From Octopus sinensis (Eukaryota): 64,000 bases of DNA. Positions 32,501 to 45,886 of this stretch are shown in pieces (within the stretch, counting starts at the first letter, position 1; each line of letters begins with the position of its first letter). Location: NCBI RefSeq assembly GCF_006345805.1, contig NC_043000.1, positions 4,588,001 through 4,652,000 of the forward strand, in the 5' to 3' direction. Under the pieces are notes generated by a model. The model was not told the origin of the DNA, did not search any database, and saw only the letters and a list, made by a program, of their open reading frames with translations. Both the position numbers and the translations under genes were made by a program.

Positions 32501-35500
32501 ACCCTCTTTCATCTTTTTCGGCACCCTCTTTGATCTCTTTCGGCACCCTCTTTGGTCTCTTTCGGCACCCTCTTTGATCTCTTTCGGCACACTCTTTGAT
32601 CTCTTTCGGGACTCTTCTTTGATCTCTTTCCGCACCCACTTTGATCTCTTTCGGCACCCTCTTTGATCTCATTCGTTGCAAACTTTCATCTCTTTCGAGA
32701 TTCACCTTTGATCTCTTTCGGCAATCTCTTTGATTTCGGTACTCCTCTTTGATTTGTGACGGCATTCCGTTTTGATCTCTGTCGGTAATCCCCTTTAATC
32801 TCTGCCGGCATTCCTATTTGGTCTCTGTCGGCATCCTCTTTGATCTCTGTCGGTACTCATCTTTGATCTCTGCCAACATTCCTCTTTGATCTCTGTCGGT
32901 GCTCCTCTTTGATCTCTGACGGCATTCATCGTTGATCTATGTCGGTAATTCCTTTTGATCTCTGACAGCATTCCTTTTGATCTCTGTCGGTACACACCTT
33001 TGACCACTGTTGGCATTCCTCTTTGATCTCTGTCGGTACTCCTCTTTGATCTCTGTCGGTACTCCTCTTATATCTCTGATTGCATTCCTATTTGATCTAT
33101 ATCAGAACTCCCTTTGATCTCTGTCGGCATTCCCCTTTTGATCTATGTCGGCATTCCTCTTTGATCTCTGACGGCATTCCTCTTTGATCTCTGTCGGTAC
33201 TCATCTTTGAACTCTGACGGCATTACTCTTTGATCTGCGTCAGTACTTATCTTTGATCTCTGTCGACATTCCTCTTTGATCTCTGTCGGTACTCCTCTTT
33301 GGTCTCTGACGGAATTCCTCTTTGATCTCTGCCGGTATTCCTCTTTGATCTCTGTCGGCAACACCTATTGATCTCTGTCGGCATCCCTCTTTGATCTCTG
33401 TCAGTACCCATCCTTGATCTCTGTCGGCATTCCTCATTGATCTCTGTCGGTATTCCTCTTTGATCTCTGACGGCATTCCTCTTTGATCTCTGACAGTATT
33501 CCCCATTGATCTCTGTTGGCATTCCCCTTTGATCTCTGTCGGCATTCCTCTTTGATATCTGACGGCATTCCTCTTTGATCTCTGTCGGTACTCCTATTTG
33601 ATCTCTGTCGGCATTCTCTTTTATCTCTGTCGGTACTCATCTTTGATCTCTGACGGCATTCCTCTTTGATCTCTGTCGGCATTCTTCTTTGATATCTGTC
33701 GGTGCTCCTCTTTGATCCCTGTCGGCATCCCCTTTTGATCTATATCGGTATTCCTCTTTGATCTCTGTTAGTACTCATCCTTGATCTCTGTCGGCATTCC
33801 TCATTGATCTCTGTCGGTCCTCCTCTTTGATCTCTGTCGGCATTCCTCATTGATTTCGGTCGGTACTCCTCTTTGATCTCTGTCGGTACTCATCTTTGAT
33901 CTCTGTCAGTACACCTCATTGATCTCTGTCGGCATCCCCTTTTGATCTATATCGGTATTCCTCATTGATCTCTGTCAGTACTCATCCTTGATCTCTGACG
34001 GCATTCCTCTTTGATCTCTGTCGGTACTCCTCTTTGATCTCTGACGGCATTCCTCTTTGATCTCTGTCAGTATTCCCTTTGATCTCTGTCGGGATTCCTC
34101 TTTGATCTCTGTCAGTACTCCTCTTTGATCTCTGTCGGCACCCCCTTTTGATCTATATCGGTATTCCCCTTTAGATCTCTGTCGGCATTCCTCTTTGATC
34201 TCTGTCGGTACTCCTCTTTGATCTCTGACGGCATTCCTCATTGATCTCTGTCTGTACTCCACTTTGATCTCTGACGGCATTCCTCTTTGATCTCTGTCGG
34301 CATTCCTCTTTGATCTCTGTCGGCATTCCTCTTTGATCTCTGACGGTACTCCTCTTTGATCTCTGTCTGTACTTTTCTTTGAACTCTGTCGGCATTCCTT
34401 TTGATCTCTGTCGGTACTCCTCTTTGATCTCTGCCGGTACTCATCTTTGATCTCTGTCGGCATTCCTCTTTGATCTCTGTCGGTACTCTTTGGTCTCTGA
34501 CGGCATTCCTCTTTGATCCCTGTCGGTATTCCCCTTGGATCTCTGTCGGCATTCCCCTTTCATTTCTGTCGGCATTCCCCTTTGATCTCTGTCGGCATTC
34601 CTCTTTGATCTCTGTCAGTACTGCCCTTTGATCTCTGTCGGCATTCCTCTTTGATCTCAGTCGTTACTCCTCTTTGGTCTCTGACGGCATTCCTCTTTGA
34701 TCTCTGTCGGCATCCCCGTTTGATCTCTGTCGGCATCCCTTTTTGATCTCTGTCTGTACTCTTATTTGATCTCTGTCGGCATTCTCTTTTATCTCTGTCG
34801 GTACTCATCTTTGATCTCTGACGGCATTCCTCTCTGATCTGCGTCAGTACTTATCTTTGATCTCTGTCGGAATTCTTCTTTGATCTCTGTCGGTACTCCT
34901 GTTTAATCTCTGTCGGCATCCCCTTTTGATCTATATCGGTATTCCTCTTTGATCTCTGTCAGTACTCATCCTTGATCTCTGTCGGCATTCCTCATTGATC
35001 TCTGTCGGTACTCCTCTTTGATCTCTGTCGGCATTCCTCTTTGATCTCTGTCGGTATTCCTCTTTGATATCTGTCTGTACTTTTCTTTGAACTCTGTCGG
35101 CATTCCTTTTGATCTCTGTCGGTACTCCTCTTTGATCTCTGACGGCATTCCTCTTTTATCTCTGTCAGTACTCATCTTTGATCTCTGACGGCATTCCTCT
35201 TTGATCTGTCAGTACTCATCTTTGATCTCTGACGGCATTCCTCTTTGATCTCTGTCAGTACTCATCCTTGATCTCTGTTGGCATTCCTCATTGATCTCTG
35301 TCGGTATTCCTCTTTGATCTCTGTCGGCATTCCTCAATGATCTCTGCCGGTACTCCTCTTTGATCTCTGTCGGCATTTCTCTTTGATCTCTGCCGGTACT
35401 CCTCTTTGATCTATGTCGGCATTCCTCTTTGATCTCTGTCGGTACTCCTCTTTGGTCTCTGACGGCATTCCTCTTTGATCTCTGTCAGTACTCATCTTTG

Positions 35501-38120
35501 ATCTCTGTCGGCATTCCTCTTTGATCTCTGTCAGTATTCCCCTTTGATCTCTGTCGGCATTCCCCTTTGATCTCTGTAGGCATTCCCCTTTGATCTCTGT
35601 CGGCATTCCTCTTTGATCTCTTTCGGCATTCCTCTTTGATATCTGTCAGTACTCCCCTTTGATCTCTGTCGGCATTCCCCTTTGATCTCTCTCGGTACTC
35701 CTCTTTGGTCTCTGACGACATTCCTCTTTGATCTCTGCCGGTACTCCTCTTTGATCTCTGTCGGCATCCCCTTTTGATCTCTGTCGGGATCCCTCTTTGA
35801 TCTCTGTCACTACTCATCCTTCATCTTTGTCGGCATTCCTCATTGATCTCTGTCGGTACTTCTCTTTGATCTCTGTCGGATTTCCTCATTGATCTCTGTC
35901 GGTACTCCTCTTTAATCTCTGTCGGCATTCCTCATTGATCTCTGTCGGTACTCATCATTGATCTCTGACGGCATTCCTCTTTGATCTCTCTCGGTATTCC
36001 CCTTTGATCTCTGTCGGCATTCCTCTTTGATCTCTGTCGGCATTCCTCTTTGATCTCTCTCGGTATTCCTCTTTGATCTCTGTCGGTTCTCCTATTTGAT
36101 CTCTGTCGGCTTTCTCTTTTATCTCTGTCGGTACTCATCTTTGATTTCTGACGGCATTCCTCTTTGATCTCTGTCAGTACTCATCTTTGATCTCTGAAGG
36201 CATTCCTTTTTGATCTCTGTCAGTACTCATCCTTGATCTCTGTCGGCTTTCCTCATTGATCTCTGTCGGTACTCCTGTTTGGTCTCTATCGGCATTCCTC
36301 ATTGATCTCTGCCGGTACTGCTCTTTGATCTCTGTCGGCATTCCTCTTTGATCTCTGTTGGTACTCCTCTTTGGTCTCTGACGGCATTCCTCTTTGATCT
36401 CTGTCAGTACTCATCTTTGATCTCTGTCGGCATTCCTCTTTGATCTCTGTCGGTATTCCCCTTTGATCTCTGTCGGCATTCCCCTTTGATCTCTGTCGGC
36501 ATTCCTCTTTGATCTCTGACGGTACTCCCCTTTGATCTCTGTCGGTACTTCTATTTGATTTCTGTCGGCATTCTCTTTGATCTCTGTCGGTATTCCCCTT
36601 TCATCTCTGTCTGTACTTTTCTTTGAACTCTGTCGTCATTCCTTTTGATCTCTGTCGGTACTCCTCTTTGATCTCTGACGGCATTCCTTTTGATCTCTGT
36701 CAGTACTCCCCTTTGATCTCTGTCGGTATTCCTCTTTGATCTCTGTCGATACTCCTCTTTAGTCTCTGACGGCATCCCTCTTTGATCTCTGCCGGTACTC
36801 CTCTTTGATCTCTGTCGGCATTCCTCATTGATCTCTGTCAGTACTCATCTTTGATCTCTGAATGGCATTTCTCTTTGATCTCTGTCAGTACTCATCTTTG
36901 ATCTCTGTCGGCATTCCTCTTTGATCTCTGTCGGTATTCCCCTTTGATCTCTGTCGGCATTCCCCTTTGATCTCTGTCGGCATTCCTCATTGATCTCTTT
37001 CGGCATTCCTCTTTGATCTCTGTCAGTACTCCCCTTTGATCTCTGTCGGTATTATACTTTGATGTCTGTCGGTACTCCTCTTTGGTCTCTGACGGCATCC
37101 CTCTTTGATCTCTGCCGGTACTCCTCTTTGATCTCTGTCGGCATCCCCTTTTGATCTCTGTCGGCATCCCTCTTTGATCTCTGTCAGTACTCATCCTTGA
37201 TCTCTGTCGGCATTTCTCATTGATCTCTGTAGGTACTCCTCTTTGATCTCTGTCGGCATTCGTCATTGATCTCTGTAGGTACTCATCTTTGATCTCTTAC
37301 GGCATTCCTCTTGATCTCTGTCAGTACTCATCTTGATCTCTGTCGGTATTCCCCTTTGATCTCTGTCGGCATTCCCCTTTGATCTCTGTCGGCATTCCTC
37401 TTTGATCTCTGACGGCATTCCTCTTTGATCTCTGTCGGTACTCCTATTTGATCTCTGTCGGCATTCTCTTTTATCTCTGTCGGTACTCATCTTTGATCTC
37501 TGACGGCATTCCTCTTTGATCTGCGTCAGTACTTATCTTTGATCTCTGTCGGCATTCTTCTTTGATCTCTGTCGACATCCCCTTTTGATCTATATCGGTA
37601 TTCCTCTTTGATCTCTGTCAGTACTCATCCTTGATCTCTGTCGACATTCCTCATTGATCTCCGTCGGTACTCCTATTTGATCTCTGACGGCATTCCTCTT
37701 TGATCTCTGTCGGTATTCCTCTTTGATCTCTGACGGTACTCATCTTTGATCTCTGTCGGCATTCCTCTTTGATCTCTGTCGGTACTCCTCTTTGATCTCT
37801 GACGGCATTCCTCTTTGATCTCTGTCAGTACTCCCCTTTGATCTCTGTCGGCATTCCTCTTTGATCTCTCTCGGCACCCTCTTTGATCTTTTTCGGCATA
37901 CTCTTTGATCTTTTTCAGAACCCTCTTTGATCTCTTTCGGCACTCTCTTTGATCTCTTTCAGAACCTCTTTGATCTCTTTCGGCACCCTCTTTGATCTCT
38001 TTCAGAACCCTCTTTGATCTCTTCAGAACCCTCTTTGATCTCTTTCGGCACCCTCTTTGATCTCTTTCAGAACCCTCTTTGATCTCTTTCAGTTCCCTCT
38101 TTGATCTCTTTCGGCAACCC
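26516..38120. repeat. 11.6-kb satellite of 22-bp (CGGCACCCTCTTTGATCTCTTT) and 23-bp (CGGCATTCCTCTTTGATCTCTGT) units with higher-order structure
   Basis: Directly visible. Minus-strand ORFs repeat every 22 or 23 aa (3 units). The marker TACACACCTTTGACCACTGTT recurs at ~27961, 30728 and 32991. Confidence 0.98.
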
Positions 38121-38224
38121 TCATTGTTATTAATATTATTATTATAATCATTATTATTATTATTATTATGATAATGTGTTGAAATTAAAAATATTTTATT
38201 TACACCTGCGTTAAACTCCATTTA

Positions 38225-38400
38225 CTTATTCATATATATATATATATATATACGTGTATGTGTATATATGTGTATATGTGTATGCATGTGTATGTGTATA
38301 CATATATATATATACGTGTATATATGTATGCGTGTATATGTATATCTATATATATATGTACATATATATATGTGTATATATACATATGTATGTGTATAGG

Positions 38401-38437
<37 letters not shown>

Positions 38438-38470
38438 ACGTATGCATATATATATGTATACATATATATA
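38225..38470. repeat. (TA)n/(TG)n microsatellite
   Basis: Directly visible. Confidence 0.92.
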
Positions 38471-39388
38471 TGTGGGCTGAAAAGAATAGCATGCAGTTCA
38501 ATGCTGAAAAGTTTCAAGCTTTATACTATCAGCATGTACAACTGAATGCATTACCCAATGAATACACTGGACCCGGAGGGACTGCAATCCCAGAGGCACA
38601 ATCAGTGCGTGTCCTGGGTATTCACATGAGTGATGACGCAACCTTTCATGTACATGTTGCTAAATTGGCAATGAAATGTAGACCGCTGGCCGGATGGATT
38701 CTTAGAACCTTTAGAACAAGAGAATAAGAAACCATGATGGTCCTCTGGAAGACACTTGTCCTAAGCCACTTTGACTATTGCTCTCAGCTATGGTCACCAT
38801 CCAGTGTCAAGTTGATCACAGAACTTGAGGCGATCCAACGAAGCTACACGAAGAAGATAGCCTCTATGCAGCATATAAGCTACTGGGAAAGACTCAAGAG
38901 ATTAAAACTCTATTCCTTGGAGCGTAGGCGAGAAAGATATGCCATAATATATATCTGGAAGATCCTGGAAGGACTTGTCCCAAACTTTGGCATCGAGAGT
39001 CACACAAATGCCAGAACCGGGCGCCACTGCGTGGTACAAAGGACTCCAAATTTGCCATCAAGATGTAGGACAAGATACTGTGATAGCCTGGGCTTCCGAG
39101 GCCCACAGCTCTTGAATATCCTCCCGAAGAACCTAATAGACCTGCATGGGGTGGATGCAGATGTCTTTAAAATGAAACTGGATCTCTTCCTGTCAGGTGT
39201 CCCGGATGAACCAACTTCACGGCAGGAGGTGCAGATGAGGGCAGCTGCATCGAACTCTCTCATGCACCAAATGGCAGTTGCTAGAAAGCATTTGTGAGGT
39301 AAAATCATGTAGCAAACCAAATGGCGGTGCCCCAGCATGGCCACAGCTCATGAGCTGAAACTGGAAAAATCAAAATCAAATCAAAATC
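38471..39388 (+). mobile_element. 5'-truncated CR1/L2-group LINE: end of RT, C-terminal region and 3' UTR
   Basis: [72 protein letters not shown]; (AAATC)n tail. Confidence 0.92.
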
Positions 39389-39521
39389 ATATACAAGCAT
39401 ATATATATATATATACATTTATACACATGCATATATATATATACGTATAACTATCTATCTGCATAAATATACATATATATGTATGTGTGTGAATGTGTGT
39501 GTGCGTGTGTTTTCATGTTGC

Positions 39522-39621
39522 NNNNNNNNNNNNNNNNNNNNNNNNNNNNNNNNNNNNNNNNNNNNNNNNNNNNNNNNNNNNNNNNNNNNNNNNNNNNNNN
39601 NNNNNNNNNNNNNNNNNNNNN
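39522..39621. other. Assembly gap (exactly 100 N)
   Basis: Directly visible. Confidence 1.
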
Positions 39622-39883
39622 CGAGCTGTTTCAACAGCTTTTCAGCCTAGTTTGAACTGGAATAAGAAAATTGGGCGAATTTGCTTTTTGTCCATGTTGT
39701 ATTCAAAATTCCAGAAAAAATGGCCTAATTATTAAAAAAAAAGAGTAACACAGTCAGATAGAACGAAAAATGGGTTTTAAAATGATATATAAAGTCAAAG
39801 TAATTTATCGAAAATCAATTTGAAAATACATAATTTAAAACCAAAATTTAAAATTCCACAAGAACTTTCTTGAAAACTTAATA
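39622..39883 (-). mobile_element. Mariner 5' end (copy 2, truncated by the gap)
   Basis: Contains ATG GAC AAA AAG and the TIR CCACAAGAACTTTCTTGAAAACTTAATA. Confidence 0.9.
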
Positions 39884-42800
39884 TTCTAATACAATCTTCT
39901 TTATTTTCAAAATCCTTTTTAACACTGGCAGCGTATTTCAACATAAATATAGTAACAAATGTATTAATCAAGTAATGTCCTTCTTCCAAAGGACACACAC
40001 ACACACACACACAATGAGTAAGCAGAATCATTAGTGCTTTGGATAAAATGATAAGTGGTATTCCTCCTGGCTCTTTAAATTCAGCTGAGGTTGATTTTGC
40101 CTTTCATCTTTTTAAGGTCAATAAATCAAGCCCTGATGGGGGGAGAGGTTGTTGATGTCATTTACAAACTTACTTCCACCATCAGAATTGCTAGCCATGT
40201 GCCAAAATTTGAAAGCGTTACTAGAGTTTGATGGAATGGCAGAATTCATGGAGTCACAGACCAGCTTTTTTGTTTGTTTCCCCTTAATTCACAGTTTGTA
40301 GTCTAAATGTGATGTGTGTGTGTGTGTTGCATGTGTGTGCAGGAGTGACTGTGTGGTAAGTAGCTTGCTAACCAACCACATGGTTCCAGGTTCAGTTCCA
40401 CTGCGTGGCACCTTGGGCAAGTGTCTTCTACTATAGTCTCGGGCCGACCAAAGCCTTGTGAGTAGATTTGGTAGATGGAAACTGAAAGAAGCCCATCGTA
40501 TATATGTGTGTGTGTGTGTGTGTATGTTTGTGTATCTGTGTTTATCTCCCCAACATCACTTGACAACCGATGTTGGTGTGTTTACATCCCCGTAACCTAG
40601 TGGTTCGGCAAAAAGAGACCGATGGAGTAAGTACTAGGTTTACAAAGAATAAGTCCCGGGGTCGATTTGCTCGACTAAAGGCGGTGCTCCAGCATGGCCG
40701 CAGTCACATGACCGAAACAAATAAGAGAGCAAAAGAGTATGTATGTTTGCATGTGTTTTGTGTGTGTGTTTGTGTACATGTTTATGCATATATGCATGCT
40801 TGTGCATGTGTGTTTGTGTGTGCATGTGTGCGTGTGCATGTGTATGTGTGCAATGTTTTCAAATGTACAAAAAATCTCCATCTATAAATGTAAAAACGAA
40901 GGATTGTATGAGAGTGCATAGCCACAAGGTATCTACAGCTCCTTTCATGCACACACATTGGAAGTTCCTGTTGCTGCAAAGTAGACTCTTGACTGTAAAA
41001 TGGAACACCAACTACACACGTGCAATATATTGCAGGGAAGATGCTCAGACAATAGACTTTGGCAAGATCTCCCTAAAGGTTCTCCATTATTTGTTACCAA
41101 CTGGGTCAGGTTTAAACACCTAAAAATATAAAGAAAAATCAATATTGTTCAAGTGAACCATTCTTTTTTCTGTTTCGGTAGTCTAATTGTTTGTTTTCAT
41201 CATCTTTTTCTTCTTCAGTTTCTAAGCTTTTTAACAAGTCTCATAATGAATTCATTTTTTCACCTATATAACACAACTTGACACTTATCTATAGCCAAAG
41301 ATGGAAACTTTTAGAAAAAAAAAAAAACCCGCATTTGTTAATAAAGCTAACAAGTTCAGTGTTTTGTACCGTATTAATTGGTCATAATACAGGCAACAAA
41401 TATGACCGCTTTAACCATTTTCTTTTACATTCTTCCATCTCTATCATGTATTTGTAAACAGTTGTTAATTATAGATTTTCAACAGGCCAGTCACTGAGTT
41501 CATTGCATTTCCAATGGCAAAAATAAGTAGGAGTGTTTGCTCACACCCCATTTAAAAGCTTATAAAGCTTATACTTTGTTGACGAAAATGTCTCTTGTGA
41601 TAATCCTTGGAAGTCTGTTCCAAATCCTGATAATCATGTGCAGAAGCCTCTCTCCAATAATAAACAAGAAATATGACCGCTGTGGCAAGCTGGCAGAAAT
41701 GTTAGCATACTGGGTGAAATGCATAGCCGTATTTCGTCTGCTGTTACATTCTGAGTTCAAATTCAGCCAAGGTCAACTTTGCCTTTCATCCTTTCGGGGT
41801 TGATAAATTAAGTACCAGTTACGCACTGGAGTCAATGTAATCGACTTAATCCATTTGTCTGTCCTTGTTTGTCCCCTCTGTGTTTAACCCTTTGTGGGTA
41901 GTAAAGAAATAGGTATTTCGTCTGCCACTACGTTCTGAGTTCAAATTCCGCTGAGGTCGACTTTGCCTTTCATCCTTTCAGGGTCGATAAGTTAAGTACC
42001 AGTTACACCCTGGGGTCGATGTAATCGACTTAATCCCTTTGTCTGTCCTTGTTTGTCCCCTCTATGTTTAGCCCCTTGAGGGCAATAAAGAAATAAGAAA
42101 CGTTTGCACACCAGGTGAAATGATTAACGGTATTTCATCTGCCGCTACGTTCTGAGTTCAAATTCCGCCGAGGTTGACTTTGCCTTTCATCCTTAGGGGG
42201 TCGCTTAAATAAGTACCAGTTATGCACTGGGGTCGATATAATCCGTTTGTCTGTCCTTGTTTGTCCTCTCTGTGTTTAGCCCCTTGTGGGCAGTAAAGAA
42301 ATATGAGGCCTCTCTCCAAAATGTGAACTCTTGACATTCGGTGCTGAGAGGTTGTGTAAAAGCATGACTGTACTGATCCTAGTAAAACATCTTTCATACT
42401 ACAGTTTTAGTATTGTTCTGAGCATTGACGAACTGTGACTAATTAGAATTTTGGGATCTGTTCAGTTTGGTGCACAGATTTTTTTAATTAATTTTCTTTA
42501 ACCAAACAGTTTGAAACTTTATATACTGGTGGAATCTCATGTAGAACACGGTTTACTTTGAACATTTTTGACAAAATTTGGTATTTTAGAAGCTATTTCC
42601 TGTTAAAGTTGTCGTATCTGGGTAATTTCAACCAATCAACGACATGTATTCAGTTGAAGAAAGCTACTGCTGTTTACAATAGTAATCAAAGAGGAACAAC
42701 TTCCAGGTCATCTCTACTGAATGTCACCACTCTGTTCGATTCATGTCGAGCAAAGATGATGCCACCTTTATCCTTTCCAGTCAGCACCATGCATTCCTTA

Positions 42801-43269
42801 CACTTTCCCTCCCTGCAAATGGTCTTTCACAATATTTCTTACAATAAAATATAACCAATTTAGAGAGAAAGAAAGGATTGCCTCTTATTAATATTAATAT
42901 TATTTAATAATTAGCCGGTCCATTAATAGTAGAAAACACTTTCCAAAGTGTCACACAGTGGGGCTGAATCTAACACTAAGGGGTTGGGAAGTAAACTTCT
43001 TAACACACAGCTATACAATCTCCAAAAATAAGATAGGATGCTGATAGTTGAAGCCGGATCAATCATTTTTCAACTGGAGCTAAACAATGACAGCATCAAA
43101 TATTTTAATTTAGGTAGAGAACAGATATTCCTTGTGATGGGACTATTCAAGTTAGATATCTGGAAGTATTGAAGGAGGAATAACCAAGAGGAAAGGTTGT
43201 ATGCATGTTGATGCTTCCTTCAGTGTTTGCAAGGCCGGTAGATTAGAAAAGTAAGTTTTACATCCATTA

Positions 43270-43720
43270 GCAACAGGAATTACAACCGTGTTTCGTGGTC
43301 TGCTACCACAAAAGCTCCTTTATAGGATCCAGTTAGCTCAAGACATCCTCAGGAGGAACCACGTCCGGTTTCGGCCCCTACTCCTCTACCGTTTTAACGT
43401 GGCGGGGCCCCCCACTTTCGGAGGTGTCTTCAGCTCTGGTGTTGGGTGCATGTCTTCTTTCTTCTTCTTTCTTATGTTCCCTGGCCTCTTCGATGTATCG
43501 TCAGCGAGTGTCAGCCGGTGACTGACTGACTTGTCAAATTTTTCCCTTTAAATACCTGCTACTAGGCTCCAGTAGGCAGCCCAAGCAAGTTGTCACGTGA
43601 CACTGTCTCACCTTAACTGACTAGTGAAGGCGCGTAGTCTTAGCCCGCGCATTCTCTAAACGATTGTCACCTGTCAGTCAGTGAAGCTGATTCAGTGTCA
43701 GCTTGTCTTACCTAGTGATG
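43270..43720 (-). mobile_element. Copy 2 of the hammerhead-like/pLTR-like segment
   Basis: Same motifs; CTGAGGA replaces CTGATGA, and stem II reads GGCCCC/GGGGCC. Confidence 0.45.
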
Positions 43721-44064
43721 TAATTATTAATTATAACTCAAACCAGCCAACAGAGGAGCTACTACAAGTCAATCATTCTGCTAGAAATATTAGCCAAATT
43801 TTCCTTAAAACTACTTAAATCTTGGCATCTTTAAAAGAATGGACATACACGCTAATTAATCCTCGACATCATGCTATTGTTTCTACCTACAAATTAAATG
43901 TCAAGTGGGAATATCTGATTATAGATCGGCTAAATCAGAAGATAATCTGCAATAAACAAAAAAACAAAAACAAATTATAAACCAAACCAGTAATAACTCA
44001 AACTAAAAAGCATTTTGAAATATTTTATTGAAAAATACTAATAAATACAAGCAGTGAGCATGCA

Positions 44065-44119
<55 letters not shown>

Positions 44120-44817
44120 AGGTGCAGGCATGGCCATGTGGCAAGAAGTTTGCTTCCCAACCACATGATACAGGTTCAGTCCCACTGTGTGGCACTTTGA
44201 GTAAATGTCTTCTACTACAGCCCTGGGCTGACCAAGGGCATGTGATTGGATTTGGTAAACAGGAACTAAAATAAGTTCATTGTATATATATATATACAGG
44301 TACATATTTCTGTGTGTGTGTCTTTCTATTTATGTCTGTTCCCACCACCACTTGACAGCTGGTATTGGTTTGTTTATGTCCCTGTAACTTGGTGGTTCAG
44401 CAGAAGAAACTAAAAGAATAAGTACCAGGCTTTAACAAAATAAGTACCGGGGTCGATTCGTTCAAAGCAGTGCCCCAGCATGGCTCCAATCCAATGACTG
44501 AAACAAGTAAAAGATAAAAGATATATTTGAGAAATTCCAATAAACACAAGTCTATACCTATTTCTTTATTACCCACAAGGGGCTAAACACAGAGGGGACA
44601 AACAAGGACAGACATAGGTATTAAGTTGATTATATCGACCCCAGTGCGTAACTGGTACTTAATTTATCGACCCCGAAAGGATGAAAGGCAAAGTCGACCT
44701 TGACAGAATTTGAACTCACAACGTAACGCAGACGAAATACGGCTATGCATTTCGCCCGGTCTGCTAACGATTCTGCCAGCTCGCCGCCTTTCTATACCAC
44801 AAGTCTATACCATTTAT

Positions 44818-45555
44818 GGATCTTTACCTTTTGACCGACAGATTTTAAAAAATAATTTTTTGTAACTAAACCCTTTCAAACTTCGGACACTGGTAGAATG
44901 TGTCACATAAAACATCTTTTAGTCTTGGCATTTTTGAGAAAATTCTGTATTTTGGAAGTTATTTTTTGTTAAAGTTGTCATATTTCGGTAATTTCAACCA
45001 ATCAATGACATGTATTCAGCTGAATAAAATTACTGCCGTTGTTTGTCAACAACAACTATCAGTGCTGTATATTTCATTTGTCACTGTTATTTATGACATC
45101 ATTCGTGCGTTTGTACTGGTTTTAGCTTTAAGGTTTTAGGGTTAGGGTTAGGGTTTTAAGGTTAGAGTTACAGAAAAAAAATGAAAAATGAAGCATGAAC
45201 GATTATGGTGGTGCCATGAAGTAAACATGCTTCAGATAGACTCGTTTATTCACACAAACGTAACTGAGATGAAATATGTCATAAATAACAGTGACAAACG
45301 AAATATACTCCGCCGGAAGTTGTTGTTGACAAACAACAGCATTAACTGTATTCAGCTGAATACACATCATTGATTGGTTGAAATTACCGAAATATGACAA
45401 CTTTAACAAAAAATAACTTCCAAAATACAGAATTTTCTCAACAATGCCAAGAGTAAAAGATGTTTTATGTGACACATTCTACAAATATACGAAGTTTGAA
45501 AGTGTTTAGTCAAAAAAATAATTTTTGAAATCTGTCGGTCAAAAGGTAAAGATCC
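44818..45555. mobile_element. Copy 2 of the foldback MITE with TTAGGG centre
   Basis: Same TIRs and CCATTTAT TSD. Confidence 0.92.
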
Positions 45556-45853
45556 CCATTTATCCTACGTGTTTCACCATTATGGTTGTTTGGAACTCTG
45601 CATTGGATGTCCCAAGTGCCAGTTGGATACGTACCCACAACAGATCTTCAGACACTAGATCTCTGTTACATAATGCAATAAAGTCTTTCCATGACGAAAC
45701 GTTGTGGTACAGCATCCAATTGTACTTCACACTGAAATATACAATGCAGAGCTCCAAGCAACCACAACGGTGAAACATACGTAGGAACAAATTATATAAA
45801 TTTATATATATATCATATTTCAATATAAATATAGATATGATATATATAGATAT

Positions 45854-45886
<33 letters not shown>

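Larger units (their letters stand above)
6142..32770 (+). repeat. Copy 1 of a large direct duplication (copy 2 = 39622-64000)
   Basis: Same sequence and feature order at an offset of ~33.48-33.52 kb; most ORFs in the track appear twice with identical translations. Confidence 0.97.

Noticed and set aside
26516-38120. CRISPR-like regular short repeats
   Set aside because: Contiguous tandem units without unique spacers, in a eukaryotic context with no cas genes.
26505-38221. Many Arg/Lys/Glu-rich repetitive ORFs resembling protamine-like or structural proteins
   Set aside because: All three minus frames open and shift with 22/23-bp units that are not multiples of 3; there is no frame conservation, so this is a satellite.
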